DNA of 64,000 nt from assembly GCA_951406725.2 (NCBI GenBank), contig OX597825.1:58280001-58344000 (forward strand), given 5' to 3'. The position numbers and the translations under genes are program-made. Under the pieces are notes generated by a model. The model saw only the letters and a program-made list of their open reading frames with translations. It ran no database searches and was not told the DNA's origin. Source of the stretch: Octopus vulgaris. Its lineage: Eukaryota. Shown one piece after another: positions 51,418 to 64,000 of this stretch (its first letter is position 1; each line of letters opens with the position of its first letter).

Positions 51418-51773
51418 TATGTGTGTGTTTGTGTGTACCTTTGTTTTGACATCATGTGATGATTGACAATGAGTATTACAAGTATATTGTTCATTTCCTA
51501 TGTCTTCCATGACAAAATATTACTCTGCTTGGTAGCAGGTGGAGGTTGGCAACAAGCAGGACATCTGGTTGTTGAAAATCTATCTCAACAAATTCTATCT
51601 GACCCGTGATGCATAGAAAAGCGATGTCAAAAATGATGATGGTGTCACTTTGTTGTGGTTGGGAGGTACCCGCCAAAGATGTAATGAATGTAAATTCAAT
51701 GTTTACTTGTTTGTGGCCTGGCAGACTGTTATAATTCAAACAAAAGCAGTAGAATATTTAGGCCACTACTTAC

Positions 51774-51875
51774 TTTTGTAGCAGAATCTGTTAACTTGTA
51801 TCCAGGTTCTTGTGGACTTGGGATCGCTACTGTTGACTGAGGTGGGGGAAACTGGGTTTTTGTTTTGTCAGTCAT
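51774..51875 (-). CDS. ANKRA2: ANKRA2-like first coding exon (putative ATG 51875)
   Basis: MTDKTKTQFPPPQSTVAIPSPQEPGYKLTDSATK /gtaagt; acceptor just upstream implies a 5' non-coding exon; summed CDS 900 nt = 299 aa. Confidence 0.6.
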
Positions 51876-52999
51876 ATTTCTGGAAAAGTCAAGAAGAAAC
51901 TGCAGAAGAGAAAATATCTTGAAAGTTTTAAATTTTGGATTAAAACATATTCCTATGTCTAACTACAATAAATACATCATTGCCAAAGAAAGATAAACAC
52001 AAGCTCTCCACCTCATTCCACCACCAACCATAAAACTAATTGAAAGAGGGACAACATTAAACCCTCAACAGTAACCAAAGATTAATTATCCTTGCTCCAT
52101 TGATGAGCATAGATGATGGTGACAACAAGAAGTGGAGGAGATAAGAAGAAGAAAAATGCGGTATGACATGCTGGTGAGTAGCTGCAGGAGTGGATGAGGT
52201 AAAGAGAGAGGCAGCCACATTGTATAGAGATGGTGAGATGTGGTGAGGGAGGAGAGATAATTTGGTGACATAATGGAGGTAGGTAACCAATGAGAGTCTG
52301 GGTGGAGAGAACAGAATTAATCAATGAATGATGCATAGAAAGAAAAGTTATTCTGGGTAGAGAGGAAGTGGTATCAAGAGAGAATTAAAGTTAAGATGAT
52401 GGGGAGTGGCTGTGGGTGTCTTGAGGAGGAAGAAAATTGGAAGAAGGACCCAGTTGTACATATATGTGTGTGTGTGGAGATGCATAGCTTAATAGTTAGG
52501 GTATTCAGCTTACAATCGTAAGGTTGTGAGTTCGATTCCAAGCTGTGCATTGTATCCTTGAGCAAGACACTTTATTTCATGTTTCAGTTCACTCAGCTGA
52601 CAAAAATGAGTTGTACCGTAATTCAAAGGGACAGCCTTGTCACATTCTGTGTCATACTGAATCTCACGGGCCTGTTTTCCACTCAGCACCCTTGAACTAT
52701 GTCTTTCACACACTCTCTCACAGTGCACATCCAATAGAGCAAGCTCACTTCATTTCTTTCAAGTCCTCTGCAACCAAGGTCCATGTCTTGCTACCATCCA
52801 GTATCGTAGTTCTAACATAAGTGGGCTTCATTCAGTTTCTGCCTACTAAATCCACTTACAAAGCTTTGGTTGGCCTGAGACTACAGTACAAGATGCTTAC
52901 CCAAGGTGCTGCACAGTAGGACTGAACCTGAAGGCATGTTGTTAGAAAGGAAACTTTAAAGCCATATGCCTACATCTGCACCTATATGTATGTATTTAT

Positions 53000-53790
53000 G
53001 TATGCATGCTTCACCACTTTGTCCCATGTCTTCCTGGGTTTACCACTACCACAGGTTTTTTTCCACAGTTAGAGATCGGCAGCTCTTTACACAGCTGTCC
53101 TTGTTCATATGAATCACATGACCATGGCAGCACACCTGATACCTCTTATGCCTTTTCTCTCAAGATGCTTACACTCTGTTGAACATGCACACTGACATTG
53201 CAAATCCAGTGAAGCATACTAGCTTCATTTCTTTCAAGCCAATGCATGTCCTTGGCTGTCACAGCCCATTTCTCACTGTCATGTAGCATAGCAGTTTGTA
53301 CACAGGCATCGTACAATCTTCCTTTTACTCTGAGAGAGAGGTCCTTTGTTGCCAGCAGAGAGAGGAGCTCTCTAAACTTTACCCAGTCTAATCTTATTCT
53401 CACAGCTATGCTCTTGGAACATTCACCTCCACTAACTCGGTCACCTAGATAACAGAAGCTATCTACTACCTCTAGCTTGCCCACCTGGCAGTTGATGGAG
53501 TCTATTTTCTGCACATTTTCAGTGTTTATAGTACCTGTGCATCTTCCACATACAAAAGCTAGTTTCTCTGTTAACCTTCCTCTGATATTGCTGCACCATT
53601 TGTGTCCAAGGCTTACATCAGGTGCATCTTACGGAGTTTCTACCTACGCCTTTTCTACAGATTGAGCAGGGACATCTACCTGAAGGGATTTGTGATTTTT
53701 CTGCCTTCCTACTTACTAAGACTTTGGTTTTTACTAGATTAACTCTAGGGCCCTTCGATTCTAGACCTTGCCTTCATACCTGGAACTTCT
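53000..53790 (-). mobile_element. RTE LINE RT C-terminal fragment
   Basis: LEVVDSFCYLGD..RIRLDWVKFRELL..LSLRVKGRLYDACVQTAMLH. Confidence 0.8.
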
Positions 53791-54873
53791 CTATACATAC
53801 ACACAAACATATATTTTTTACTTGTTTCAGTCATTAGACTGTGGCCATGCTGGAGCACTTCCTTGACAAATTTTTAATCAAATGAATTGACCTCAGTACT
53901 TATTTTTTAAAGTCTGGTACTTATTCTATCAATCTGTTTTGTCAAACTGTTAAGTTATACGGACGTAAACACACTAACACCTGTTGTCAAGTGGTGGTGG
54001 GGGACAAACACACATATAAAAGTAAAGAACCCTTTTGGTCATGAATGACCATGGAATTGAGCCTAGAATGTTACCCTCCTAGGCACAAGTCCAGGCAAAG
54101 TTGTTTATGGAAGACCAGCAGTCGCCCATACATACTAACCCCCTCTCCCCACGCCACCAATGTTATCCATGAGAAAGGCAAAAGCTGATACATACAGCTT
54201 GGCACAAGTGACATCGGAACTCATTTGTACAACTGAGTGAACTGAAGCAACAAAAAGTCTTGTTCAAGAACACAACACGGCTCGGTCCGGGAATCGAACT
54301 CATGATTGTTATACCGACGCTCCAACCGCTGAGCTATGTGCCTTTACACACACATACACACGGGGTTTTAAGTGCCCTAGGTTATAGTAGAAGACACTTG
54401 CCAAGGTAACATGCAGTGAGACTGAACCCGGAATCATGTGGTTGGGAAGCAAACTTCTTACCACACAGCCACGCCAAAATTATTACTGAATATATAAGAG
54501 TGTGTGTGTGTATTCGTGACCCAAAACATACAGTATGACAGTGTTCTGACGACTTGAATTACCTGGTAGGTAGCTAGTCTTTCCATTTAGCTAGAGTTAT
54601 CTCCCCTCTACATAAAGTCATTAGAATGTTCTCGTCGCTTTGTATATATTTGTATTAAAAAAAAAATTTGTAGTAAATAAACACATAGGAATTAAAATAT
54701 CTTGCAGAAGGTATATGTATATTTATATGTACTTAGATATATGGACGGAGTATTGAAATAGCCATAGCTATCACCATTTCATGGGGAGGGAAAAGGGCAA
54801 GGAATTTCGATGAGATTTTCTTTTTATCCTTCTTCTTTTAGTATTCTTGTATTACAGAGATGCAGCACGGATT

Positions 54874-54923
54874 TTTGTCAGTGAACAGGTCGCGGATTTT
54901 AGCGACGAAAATATTTTGACAAA
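54874..54923 (+). ncRNA. Minimal type I hammerhead-like motif with G3-C8 core, inside a 211-bp element (54853..55063)
   Basis: TTTGTCA-GTGAACA-G-GTCGC(ggatttta)GCGAC-GAAA-ATAT-TT-TGACAAA; element ends TACAGAGATG / CATCTCTGTA. Confidence 0.65.
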
Positions 54924-55911
54924 TTAAACTTAAATGTTGAAGTGAATCGAACGGCTTTTGTGTGTTTCTTAAATGGCTTATAAACACCTTCCACGCTGCA
55001 ATTGTTTTCGTTTCAGCACACGATCTCAGATCAAATTACTTGCTATGCGAGTACATCTCTGTATTACATGTTTATCTTTAAATTTGGAACTTTCATCCTG
55101 TTTTATATTTAATCATAATGAGTTTACTGCTGCAGTGATTAGGTGCTTTTCGCGCAAAGAAAGTTACAAGTGAAAGAATTTTTTGTGCCTGAATTTTTTT
55201 TTTTACATTACCCCTCGCCCCAATTCTTTGCCCGTTTCTTTCCCTAAAAAGTAGGGATAACCATATCAAAACTCTGCTGTTGTTTAACAAGTATAAACCA
55301 AAAACTTTTTTTTTTAAATCACACATCCGATTGTAAACGTATCGAGCAATAAATTTCATACGACAAATATATATATATGCATTCATTATACATTATGATA
55401 TCGCGAGGTTTGACAGCAGAAGTCATGTTTACGAAAAACAATTTTTTAAATCTAAAACTTCGCTCCTAATATTGACAAACAATCACATCGATTTTAAGTC
55501 TAAACTTGGTGTCTGCAACGTTGTCGGTACCCAGCTTTAAACATTGCTTCCAAAATCCATAAGTAGTCTTTTTTTTTTTTAGTTAACCAAACAAACTGAA
55601 CGTCATAGAATTGTCAAAAGATCAAAGATAATCAGATATGCCGACTGACCAAGCACATACACACATATTGAAGTCTCATGACAGCCAATTAGTGTCGGAC
55701 AACTACACACACACACACCTAGAATGATATATATGTATCTAAGTGTGATTACTTATCACTAATATTATGGAATTTACATAGATTTTTGTTTTGTGCCATT
55801 TATGGTTGAAATAAATAGAATTGTCAAAAAATGTTTTCATTCTAGTTTACACACACGCACAAAACCAAATACATAGGCATTTACATACACACATGCATCA
55901 AAAGAATGTAT

Positions 55912-56135
<224 letters not shown>

Positions 56136-56349
56136 GGATGTATACGGTGAAGACACCAGCTTACGAAATAAATAAAACCACATCTTCGAACAATAACACT
56201 TACACGATGGAATAACAAACTGATGGAGGAAATAAATAAATTGATCTAACCAATCAACTATACTGTTATGAAAACAGAACTTATTAATAAATGTACCAGA
56301 AGCGTTTCCGCACACCTTTTAACACGGGGTTATTTCATTGGCTGAGATC

Positions 56350-56645
56350 CATTAACGCATGCGCACTATCATAAGAAGGTTAGATTCGCTACTGAGCAGA
56401 GGTGAGAGTTGTGGGTGAGTAAAAAGATTTAATATCATCGAAAGCGAAGAGATCTGCTGTTGTTTGGAAAGAAGTGAAGGAAATAGAGAGAAGAGATGAG
56501 TCGTAAGTTGCTCATTGAAAGTTTTCTTAATGAATACTGTTTTTATATTATATTCATATTTGTTTCTATTTACTTGTGTTAGTTCTATGTTTATAGGTGT
56601 TTCTTTTTCTTCGAAATAATAAATCTCCGCCCGCCATGTTTTGTC
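56350..56645 (+). promoter_or_regulatory. Candidate promoter/first exon of a + strand transcript
   Basis: NRF1-like CGCATGCGCA 56356..56365, donor-like /gtaagt 56503, acceptor-like tttatag 56596, YY1-like CCGCCATGTT 56631. Confidence 0.35.
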
Positions 56646-57068
56646 CTACATTTGTGTTTGATCGTCAAATAATTTTCGCTTTCTTTCTCTCTCTCTCTCT
56701 CTCTGTTATTTTCTCTCTTTTCTGTATAATGAATTCAGATACTCTGTGTTTATGTATATATTCTCACACACTGCATTATAATAGTTTCTGTAGTATACAT
56801 ACGCACACTGTATTCAAATAGTATATTTTATACACACGCACACACATTTGTATATATTGACTTGGGAAACCAAATGACTGAAATAAGTTTTCCCCACACC
56901 GATCAATTTTCTTTGAGCAAAGTAAATTTGTTTATATTGTGTGTGTGTGTCTGTTGCAGTATATTCGCATCCTTTTCGGGACATATTTTGTTTCCATATT
57001 CTGTTGACGTTTCCAGTTTTCCACAGACCCAATGCCAGTAACGTGCTTGTGTGTGTATGTATTAGCTT

Positions 57069-57101
<33 letters not shown>

Positions 57102-57577
57102 ATGTATATATGTTGCTGGAGATAAGTCTGGAACAAACGTCGTTTGTATTTTCACACTAGCTGATAGATAAACATACAATGTTTTTTTATTCATTCTCAA
57201 CGCAAAAACAAGACGATTAGAAGTGAAAGATTTAAAAGTCAGCAGGAAACATCTGAAGACAAAGTGTATGATGTCTTTTAGGAGATAAAGGGTCTGTCCC
57301 TAACTAACAGTAAGTTTGTAAGGTCCTACTTTGTCTTCTGGACTTTTGAAGGATTAAAAGCAATGCTGACCTGGTGAGGATATTGTGATCGGAGACAAAG
57401 GAAATTTGCATCTGTCATTTTTGACATCCACCGCCCCCCTGGAAGGTGTACAAGATATGTTTGTCAACATATATATTGCAGTGTGTATATATATATATAT
57501 ATACACACATGCCATTTATACATATTTTATATGTACACACACGTATACACACATGGACATATATGCATGCTCACAGG

Positions 57578-57616
<39 letters not shown>

Positions 57617-57888
57617 CACACACAACACTCACACGCACACATTCTGTCAGATTGATGGACGACCTTTTGGTGATTTTGGTACCTTTATAGATATAATATG
57701 GGCCTGGCCAATAACATGCAAGTCACTTATTGTGGTTGCTTTGAAACGGAACCTTTTAGATAATAAACAGCTGATAACTTTTATCGGAGAAATATATGAG
57801 TACCATTACAGTATTTCGATCCATTTAATTTTAGTAACAAAAAGTATTTGGTAACCCCTGCGATTATAAGCGGCTTCCACTGAATGTG

Positions 57889-57890
<2 letters not shown>

Positions 57891-57977
<87 letters not shown>
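57891..57977. repeat. Compound (TA)n(TG)n microsatellite
   Basis: directly visible. Confidence 0.95.
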
Positions 57978-57980
<3 letters not shown>

Positions 57981-58553
57981 GTTGGGTTTAAAGTAATGAT
58001 TAACTTTGGATCTATGTATATATGTCTACCAAATGTTATGATATAATTAGACTTGTTTAGAATACATATTTTTCTTTTTGCACTCTTACAAAATCACTTT
58101 CGCAGTCAAATGTTCTTGCATCTAGGAATTTGTAGGAATTAGTTTTCGTAGAATTTGACCTCTTGCCGTCGTTGGAATATTGTGGATTATTACACCGATG
58201 ATAATAATTGACGGAGTTTTGGATCACTTTCCCGGGATTTTGTCATTTAAATTTTTTCCCGTGTGTGTGTGTGTGCGTGTTTGTTTAAAAAAAAAAAGAG
58301 AAAAAAAAGGAATATTTTAAAACCCTGATTCATCAAAATTTCAACTTCTCTCCGTTAGTTTTTTTTTTGACATTATCCGGTTTTTTATTTTCTCTATTTT
58401 TGTGTGTTTGAAATATCGGAGAAACGATTCTCCTAATCCTTTCAGAAAATTTCTAAACTTTTATCCCTTCAATCTCTGTTTCGAATTAAAAACTGTTTGT
58501 TTATTCATTTTTTAAAATTCTTGAAGAACACGAGCGTAATAAAGAGAATAGAT

Positions 58554-58811
58554 GAGATTATTTAGTAGTTCCCAACTGTCAATGTTCTGAAGAAGTCCTA
58601 AACTTGCATTTGTGTAGAAGCGAGTGGACACGGGTAATCTCTCAATACAAGTGACGAAATGCTTAACCCTCTCAGATCTGGACCCCTATGTCTAACTTTA
58701 CTCTTTACCTGCGCTCTTGAACAAAATAATAAACAGTTGTATACACAGCCCAGTAGTAACTATTGCTAGGCCTATGTCTTAACTACCGTGCAAACTAATG
58801 GACATAATCTC
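58554..58811 (+). mobile_element. Short element with imperfect inverted ends and hammerhead core
   Basis: gagattatttagtagtt / aactaatggacataatctc ends; CTGAAGA-A-GTC (58587) ... GAC-GAAA (58653..58659); AATAAA downstream. Confidence 0.55.
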
Positions 58812-59024
58812 TTACTCACACGCACACACACACACAAATACCGGAGAATAACAATAATAGAGGCTTGTCTTTCAACTAACGTATTTGACCCGAATCATTA
58901 CTTTCCTCATTACTTTCACCACTTAAATTATCCGAATCACTCATTCTCTGCGTAAGGCCAAACTCATCGTCCGAAAAATTACCATCAATAACTTCCTCAA
59001 TTGTAAGGAGTCTGGGCCTTGTTC

Positions 59025-59410
59025 ACTTACCAGGCTTAGTGTTGGGTTCGTTACACGCTCGTTTCATCGCAAGAATCTTTTTTTTTTTTTCTCGATTAAA
59101 AACAAAAGTCAACAATAACTATGGGGAAACGCCATTAACAATGAGTCATAAACACATTCGACTACAAAGTTGTAAGGTAGATCAGTTGTCTTTTTTTTTT
59201 TTAGTGTTTTATCTTTTCTTGTTCTTTACCACTTCAATGGGAAACCAATAGCGATTACGGTGGCGGAGGTAAAGAATGCGCACACCCACCCGTTTTCGGC
59301 CTAACCCTAATCGCCGAAAACGAGTGATGTGCGTATTCTTCAATTTCGCCGATTACGGTTAGGCTATTGCTGCTGTACTGGGAACCTGGCTGCGATAGGG
59401 TTAAGTTAAA
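59025..59410. promoter_or_regulatory. CpG-enriched candidate (bidirectional) promoter
   Basis: minus-strand donor CTG/gtaagt at 59030, CCAAT 59245, CTAACCCTAA 59301, local CpG enrichment. Confidence 0.35.
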
Positions 59411-59724
59411 GAACTTTATGTGTGAGATAAGAGGACAACGGAAAGTAGGTCCACCCCCCCCCCTCAAGTTTCTTTCTTCCCCCTTTACAGTAATTGTGAC
59501 ATGTCATCTATTGCCTACGTCACTTTTGAGGTTTTGGGTGGAGTTTAGAACCGAGAGACCCATCACACCCCACACACATCATCTCTCTCCGTCTTTGTGA
59601 TGCTGCTGCTGTTTTTCTTCATTTTCTCAGCATTGTTGCTTATTTAGCATTTTTGAGCAAGTTAACAGGAAAATCAGCACTTTTTCATTATTTAGCACTT
59701 TTAGCAGAATACACATGTACACAG

Positions 59725-59901
59725 CTTGTAAGGAATTTTGAAATAATATTTCATCCAAATTTAAACTAATGAAAACATTTTGTAACTTTATAACTGGAAA
59801 TATTTAGTGTCAAAAGTCCTAAATATTTCCAGTTATAAAGTTACAAAATGTTTTTATTAGTTTAAATTTGGATGAAATATTATTTCAAAATTCCTTACAA
59901 G
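59725..59901. repeat. Near-perfect 83-bp-arm palindrome with 11-nt loop
   Basis: 59725..59807 vs 59819..59901, one mismatch. Confidence 0.92.
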
Positions 59902-62360
59902 TCAATTACATTGGCCCCAGTGATCAACTGTACTTATTTTTTTTGACTGTGAAAGGGTGAAAGGCTAAGTGGACCTTGGCAGAACTTAAACTCAAAATGT
60001 CAAGATGAACAAAATGCCACTAAGCATTTTGCCTGGCATGTTAACATTCTGCCAGCTCGCTGCCTTAATAATAATACTAATGATAATAATAATAATAATA
60101 AATGCCCTGATGCAATACCAGTCAATGGCTCTCATAGCTTCTGATCTTAAATGATTGGAAGTGTTATCATGTACATTGTTTTGTCTTGGTATAAAAGATG
60201 GGCTACAGCAAATATTCTGCTCAATACCACAGATTGCTTGTCAGTTGCTTGACCTTAACCAGTTGAGCATGTCCCTTAGTGGCTGACAGTATGTGCATCT
60301 CTAATAAGCAGAAGTAGTGGGGGAGCATCATTGCCATGTGTTGAGAGGAATTCTTTGGAGTTTGGATAATTCACCTTTTGTAACATAGGTGTTTTGTTCA
60401 ACATCCTTAAACAACCTGTATTCAGGGACCATTTGAGCAGGACGGGCCACTCGACCTGAAGAAAAATCTAATAGGGCCCCACCTGCAAGGTGCTAAACTT
60501 GACCTAATATTGAACAAATTTGGGGACAAATTTATTTTATTCCAAAGTTGTTACTGGAGGAAATCCCTTTATAGATATTGGCAACATTTGCTCTTAATCT
60601 TTTAATGTCCTGAAATTCAAATGTTTTGATAGAAAGTCTATTCAGTAGCACAAATATTTTAACAAACCCAAATTGAGAAATAAGATGGAATTTCTCACTC
60701 TGTGAAATGTGGTCTATAACAACCTGACAGATGCTGCCAAGATTGTTTACTTAAAGTAAAATTAGTACAATAGTTACCACTTTGTAACACCATAAATACT
60801 GAAAACTTATATTTGTTGGAAGTGGATTAAGATATGTTAGCAAAGTTCATATATATTTTTCTTTTTGTTGTTTAATAAACTAGCATTATTTTTTCTGAAT
60901 ATTCTGTTTAGCATTCTTTTGCAGAAAGTCTAGCTTAAAACTGCAATTTTCCTTAGCAACACTACTTCCCAGATGTGTTATTACTTAGTAACTTGTTCTC
61001 TCCATTTTGGTGTGGAAGTTGCTGCTTTTAAACTTGGATTTTAAGTCTTATATTATGCGCCATTCTTTTTAATGATTTTCAAATTTTTGTTTTGTACACT
61101 AGATTCAGAATCTGTCATGATCCTTCAAATTTTTTTTATAAACATTATGAAAAACTGTTTTGTTTTTTTTTAACAATAGGCACAGGTGTGGTTGTGTGGT
61201 AAGAAGCTTACTTCCCAACCACATGGTTCTTGGTTCAGTTCCACTGCATGACACCTTGGGCTTCTTCTATAGCCTTGGGCTGACTAAAGCCTTGTGAGTA
61301 GATTTGGTAGAGGGAAACTGAAAGAAACCTTTTGTTCATAACATATCTGTGTATGTGTGTGTCTTTGTGTCTGTATTTGTTCCCCACAACTGGTTGACAA
61401 CTGGTGTTGGTGTGTTTACATCCCTTTAACTAAGCAGTTCAGCAAAAGAGACTGATAGAATGTGTACCAGGCTTAAAAACAAAACTAAGTGCTGGGGTCG
61501 ATTTGTTCAACTAAAAATTCTTCAAGGTGGTGCCCCAGCATGGCCACAGTCTAATCACTGAAACAAGTAAAAGATAAAAGATTATAGTAAAGGAATCTTG
61601 ATCCAGTCTTTTGTATATCTATAGGAATAAAGAACATGAATTTCAAAATAATGAAAGCCATTTGTATTCCATAAAAGAAAGAATTAGTATTGCACTGTTT
61701 CACTTTGTGAACATTAACAAATAGGATAAAAATGGAAACTACAAACAAAACATGTTTGTACATTTTGAATGGACATGAAACATGTTTAGATACAAAAAGG
61801 GGATAATTTTTATATTCATAAATATATTTTATTTAAAAAATGACATGCAGCTTTAAATCCTGTCTAATCAACTCTGGATTAACTCTTTAGTGTTTGCATT
61901 ATTCCACCAAAATTAATGCTTTTTTATCCACATTGTTTTGAATGAATCGTGCATTATCTTGTAGCTATGAGATTTTAATGAAGTAGCTGTTAATTTTTAA
62001 AACGATATTGTAGGGTTGGTGTGAGAGACCAGATCTGGCCAGTTTGAACATAAAACAGGCAGAATTACTTTTGGCTGGATATGGCCGGTTTAAATGCTAA
62101 AGGGTTAATAAAGAAAAGAAAATGTCACTGGCAGATTCTGAAAATTTACCAAAAATATAAAAATCCCAAAATTGTTATTTTTTTATATAGGCATAATAAA
62201 ATGTTTGATTGTGGAAGATGGATTTGAAAATCTATGCATTAAGGAATGTGTTTGGATGTTAGCTAGGGTAGGCTTCATGCCCTTTGACTAGGATGGTCTT
62301 CTCTGCTATTGAAACCATATCCTTCCAACCCATTGCTACATATTCATGTGCACGAGATAT

Positions 62361-62403
<43 letters not shown>

Positions 62404-64000
62404 TGTGTGTATGTATCATTATCATCATTGTTTAACATCTACTTTCTATGCTGGCATGAGTTGGATGGTTTGACTGAGAGCTGGCAAACCAGACGGTTCC
62501 AATCTGATCTGGCAAAGTTGCTACAGCTGGATGCCCTTCCTAAAGGCCAACCACTCAGCTCTCAATAATTTTGTGTTGAAGATGTAACCTCTCTCTGAAG
62601 TTGTTTTAACATCTTTTAAAACAAAAAATGACTCATTGGATAGAGTAATCCCAGTACACTAACTTAAAAAGAAGAAAAAAGAGAGAGACAGAGACTGGAT
62701 TGTCAGAGGGGCTTTTTTTTTTTTATCATAGACCTGTTCAGTCAGGTCTGACAGCAGCAAAATAATTACATTGTATGTTTTGAATATTCAAACGTAAATG
62801 GATTATAATTTGTTGTCTGGGGAGAGTTGTTTTATGAAGTACATCTGTGCTAAAATTTGTGAAAGATTTCAAATTACTGACATCATTATCATCATCATTT
62901 AATATCTGTTTTCCATAGTAGCATGTGTTGGACAATTTGACCAGAGCTGGTGAGCAGGAGAGCTGCACCAGGTTCCAGTCTAAGTTGGCTTGGTGTCTGT
63001 GTCTGGAGGCTCTTCCTAATGCCAACCACTTTAGAGAGTGTGCTGGGTGCTTTTTACATGGCACCAGCAGATGTGTTTTAACAACTGATGGAAGAAGGAT
63101 TGTAGTTGTTCAGTTCAAGGTCAGCTTTTTTTATGTAGAATTATGGCTAAAAGTATTTTAAGCATCACACTCAGGCAGAATGGTATATATTTCTATATTA
63201 TCCAATAGGTGTAGTATTTTATGACTGCCAAGTGAGATTTATGGGAGATTTGGCTGTTGTTTCTTGCACCAATTAAGTAACCCTTTTGTTACCATATTTC
63301 TGTTGAAACACACTTCCTTTGTTTCAATTGACTTTTACAATAATGAAAAATTTAGTAAAATAACTTTATCTGAATTGAGTTTGTGTTTAAATTAACAGGA
63401 AATTTTGATGTTAAGTTTTAATTTAGGTCATTTTAAAACTGGAAGTTTGCAGCATAGAACCAGAACAATCTTAGGCAGATTGATATCAGAAGTGTTTAAT
63501 TCTGCTGGTTAAAACCATTATGTCTTTTCCCTACTGATATATTCGTATCCATCCCAGCTGCTATCAAAGAAAATTTTGATCTATCTATATTAGAAATCAA
63601 TAATATACAGTATTATTTCTTATTAACGAGAACATGGTTTTTTTTCTTTTCCTTTTTTTTTTCAACATTTCCAGATGAGTTTAAATGTGATTCTCCTAAT
63701 TATAAATTAAGATGTTTCTATAATAAGAATTTCGTCTATTAACTTTCCAGCAACACAACAATGTCCAGTTGTTAAGTTACAGATTAGTTCTAATTGAGCG
63801 GCCATGACCACATCATCGTGTTATCTAAAACTATGTTGTATGTTGTGTCCTTCCTATTTTAAGACGATAGGGCAAGATTTGACTACTGTTTTAGCAGGCC
63901 AAGCAGCCTCATAAAAGCTCTCACATTATCTCTGTCCACTGGTTGCTGTTTTTTAGCTTCAGATCAGCTCTCACTAAGCTGACATATAGTCAAAGGAGTT

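Noticed and set aside
63645-63712. Strong acceptor-like pyrimidine tract followed by ATG
   Set aside because: Frame closes after 11 codons; no homology recognised

Overview
AT-rich, repeat-dense animal genomic DNA. The SINE/RTE repeat families resemble those of octopus (coleoid cephalopod); this species assignment is an inference. Two complete multi-exon genes could be reconstructed by hand with phase-consistent GT-AG junctions, arranged tail to tail. On + is PDCD7 (U11-59K, minor-spliceosome U11 snRNP protein; 9 coding exons, 6927..34939, ~740 aa). On - is an ANKRA2/RFXANK-family ankyrin gene (8 coding exons, 51875..37286, ~299 aa). Introns and flanks hold tRNA-derived SINEs, RTE fragments, a CR1-type LINE with an intact 921-codon ORF2, a decayed Penelope-like element, a Merlin remnant and mariner/pogo/piggyBac-type MITEs. 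Best observation (1): PDCD7 intron 3 contains tandem U12-type 5' splice sites (ATATCCTTT at 19886 and 19903, a third at 19803) inside a candidate stop-containing exon. This looks like a USSE-type U11 feedback element in a gene where I do not know of one being described. Best observation (2): at least seven hammerhead-ribozyme-shaped motifs sit in short non-coding repeats, one with a G3-C8 compensatory core and one in a fold-back insertion with a 12-bp TSD. All calls are by eye; repeat boundaries are approximate.
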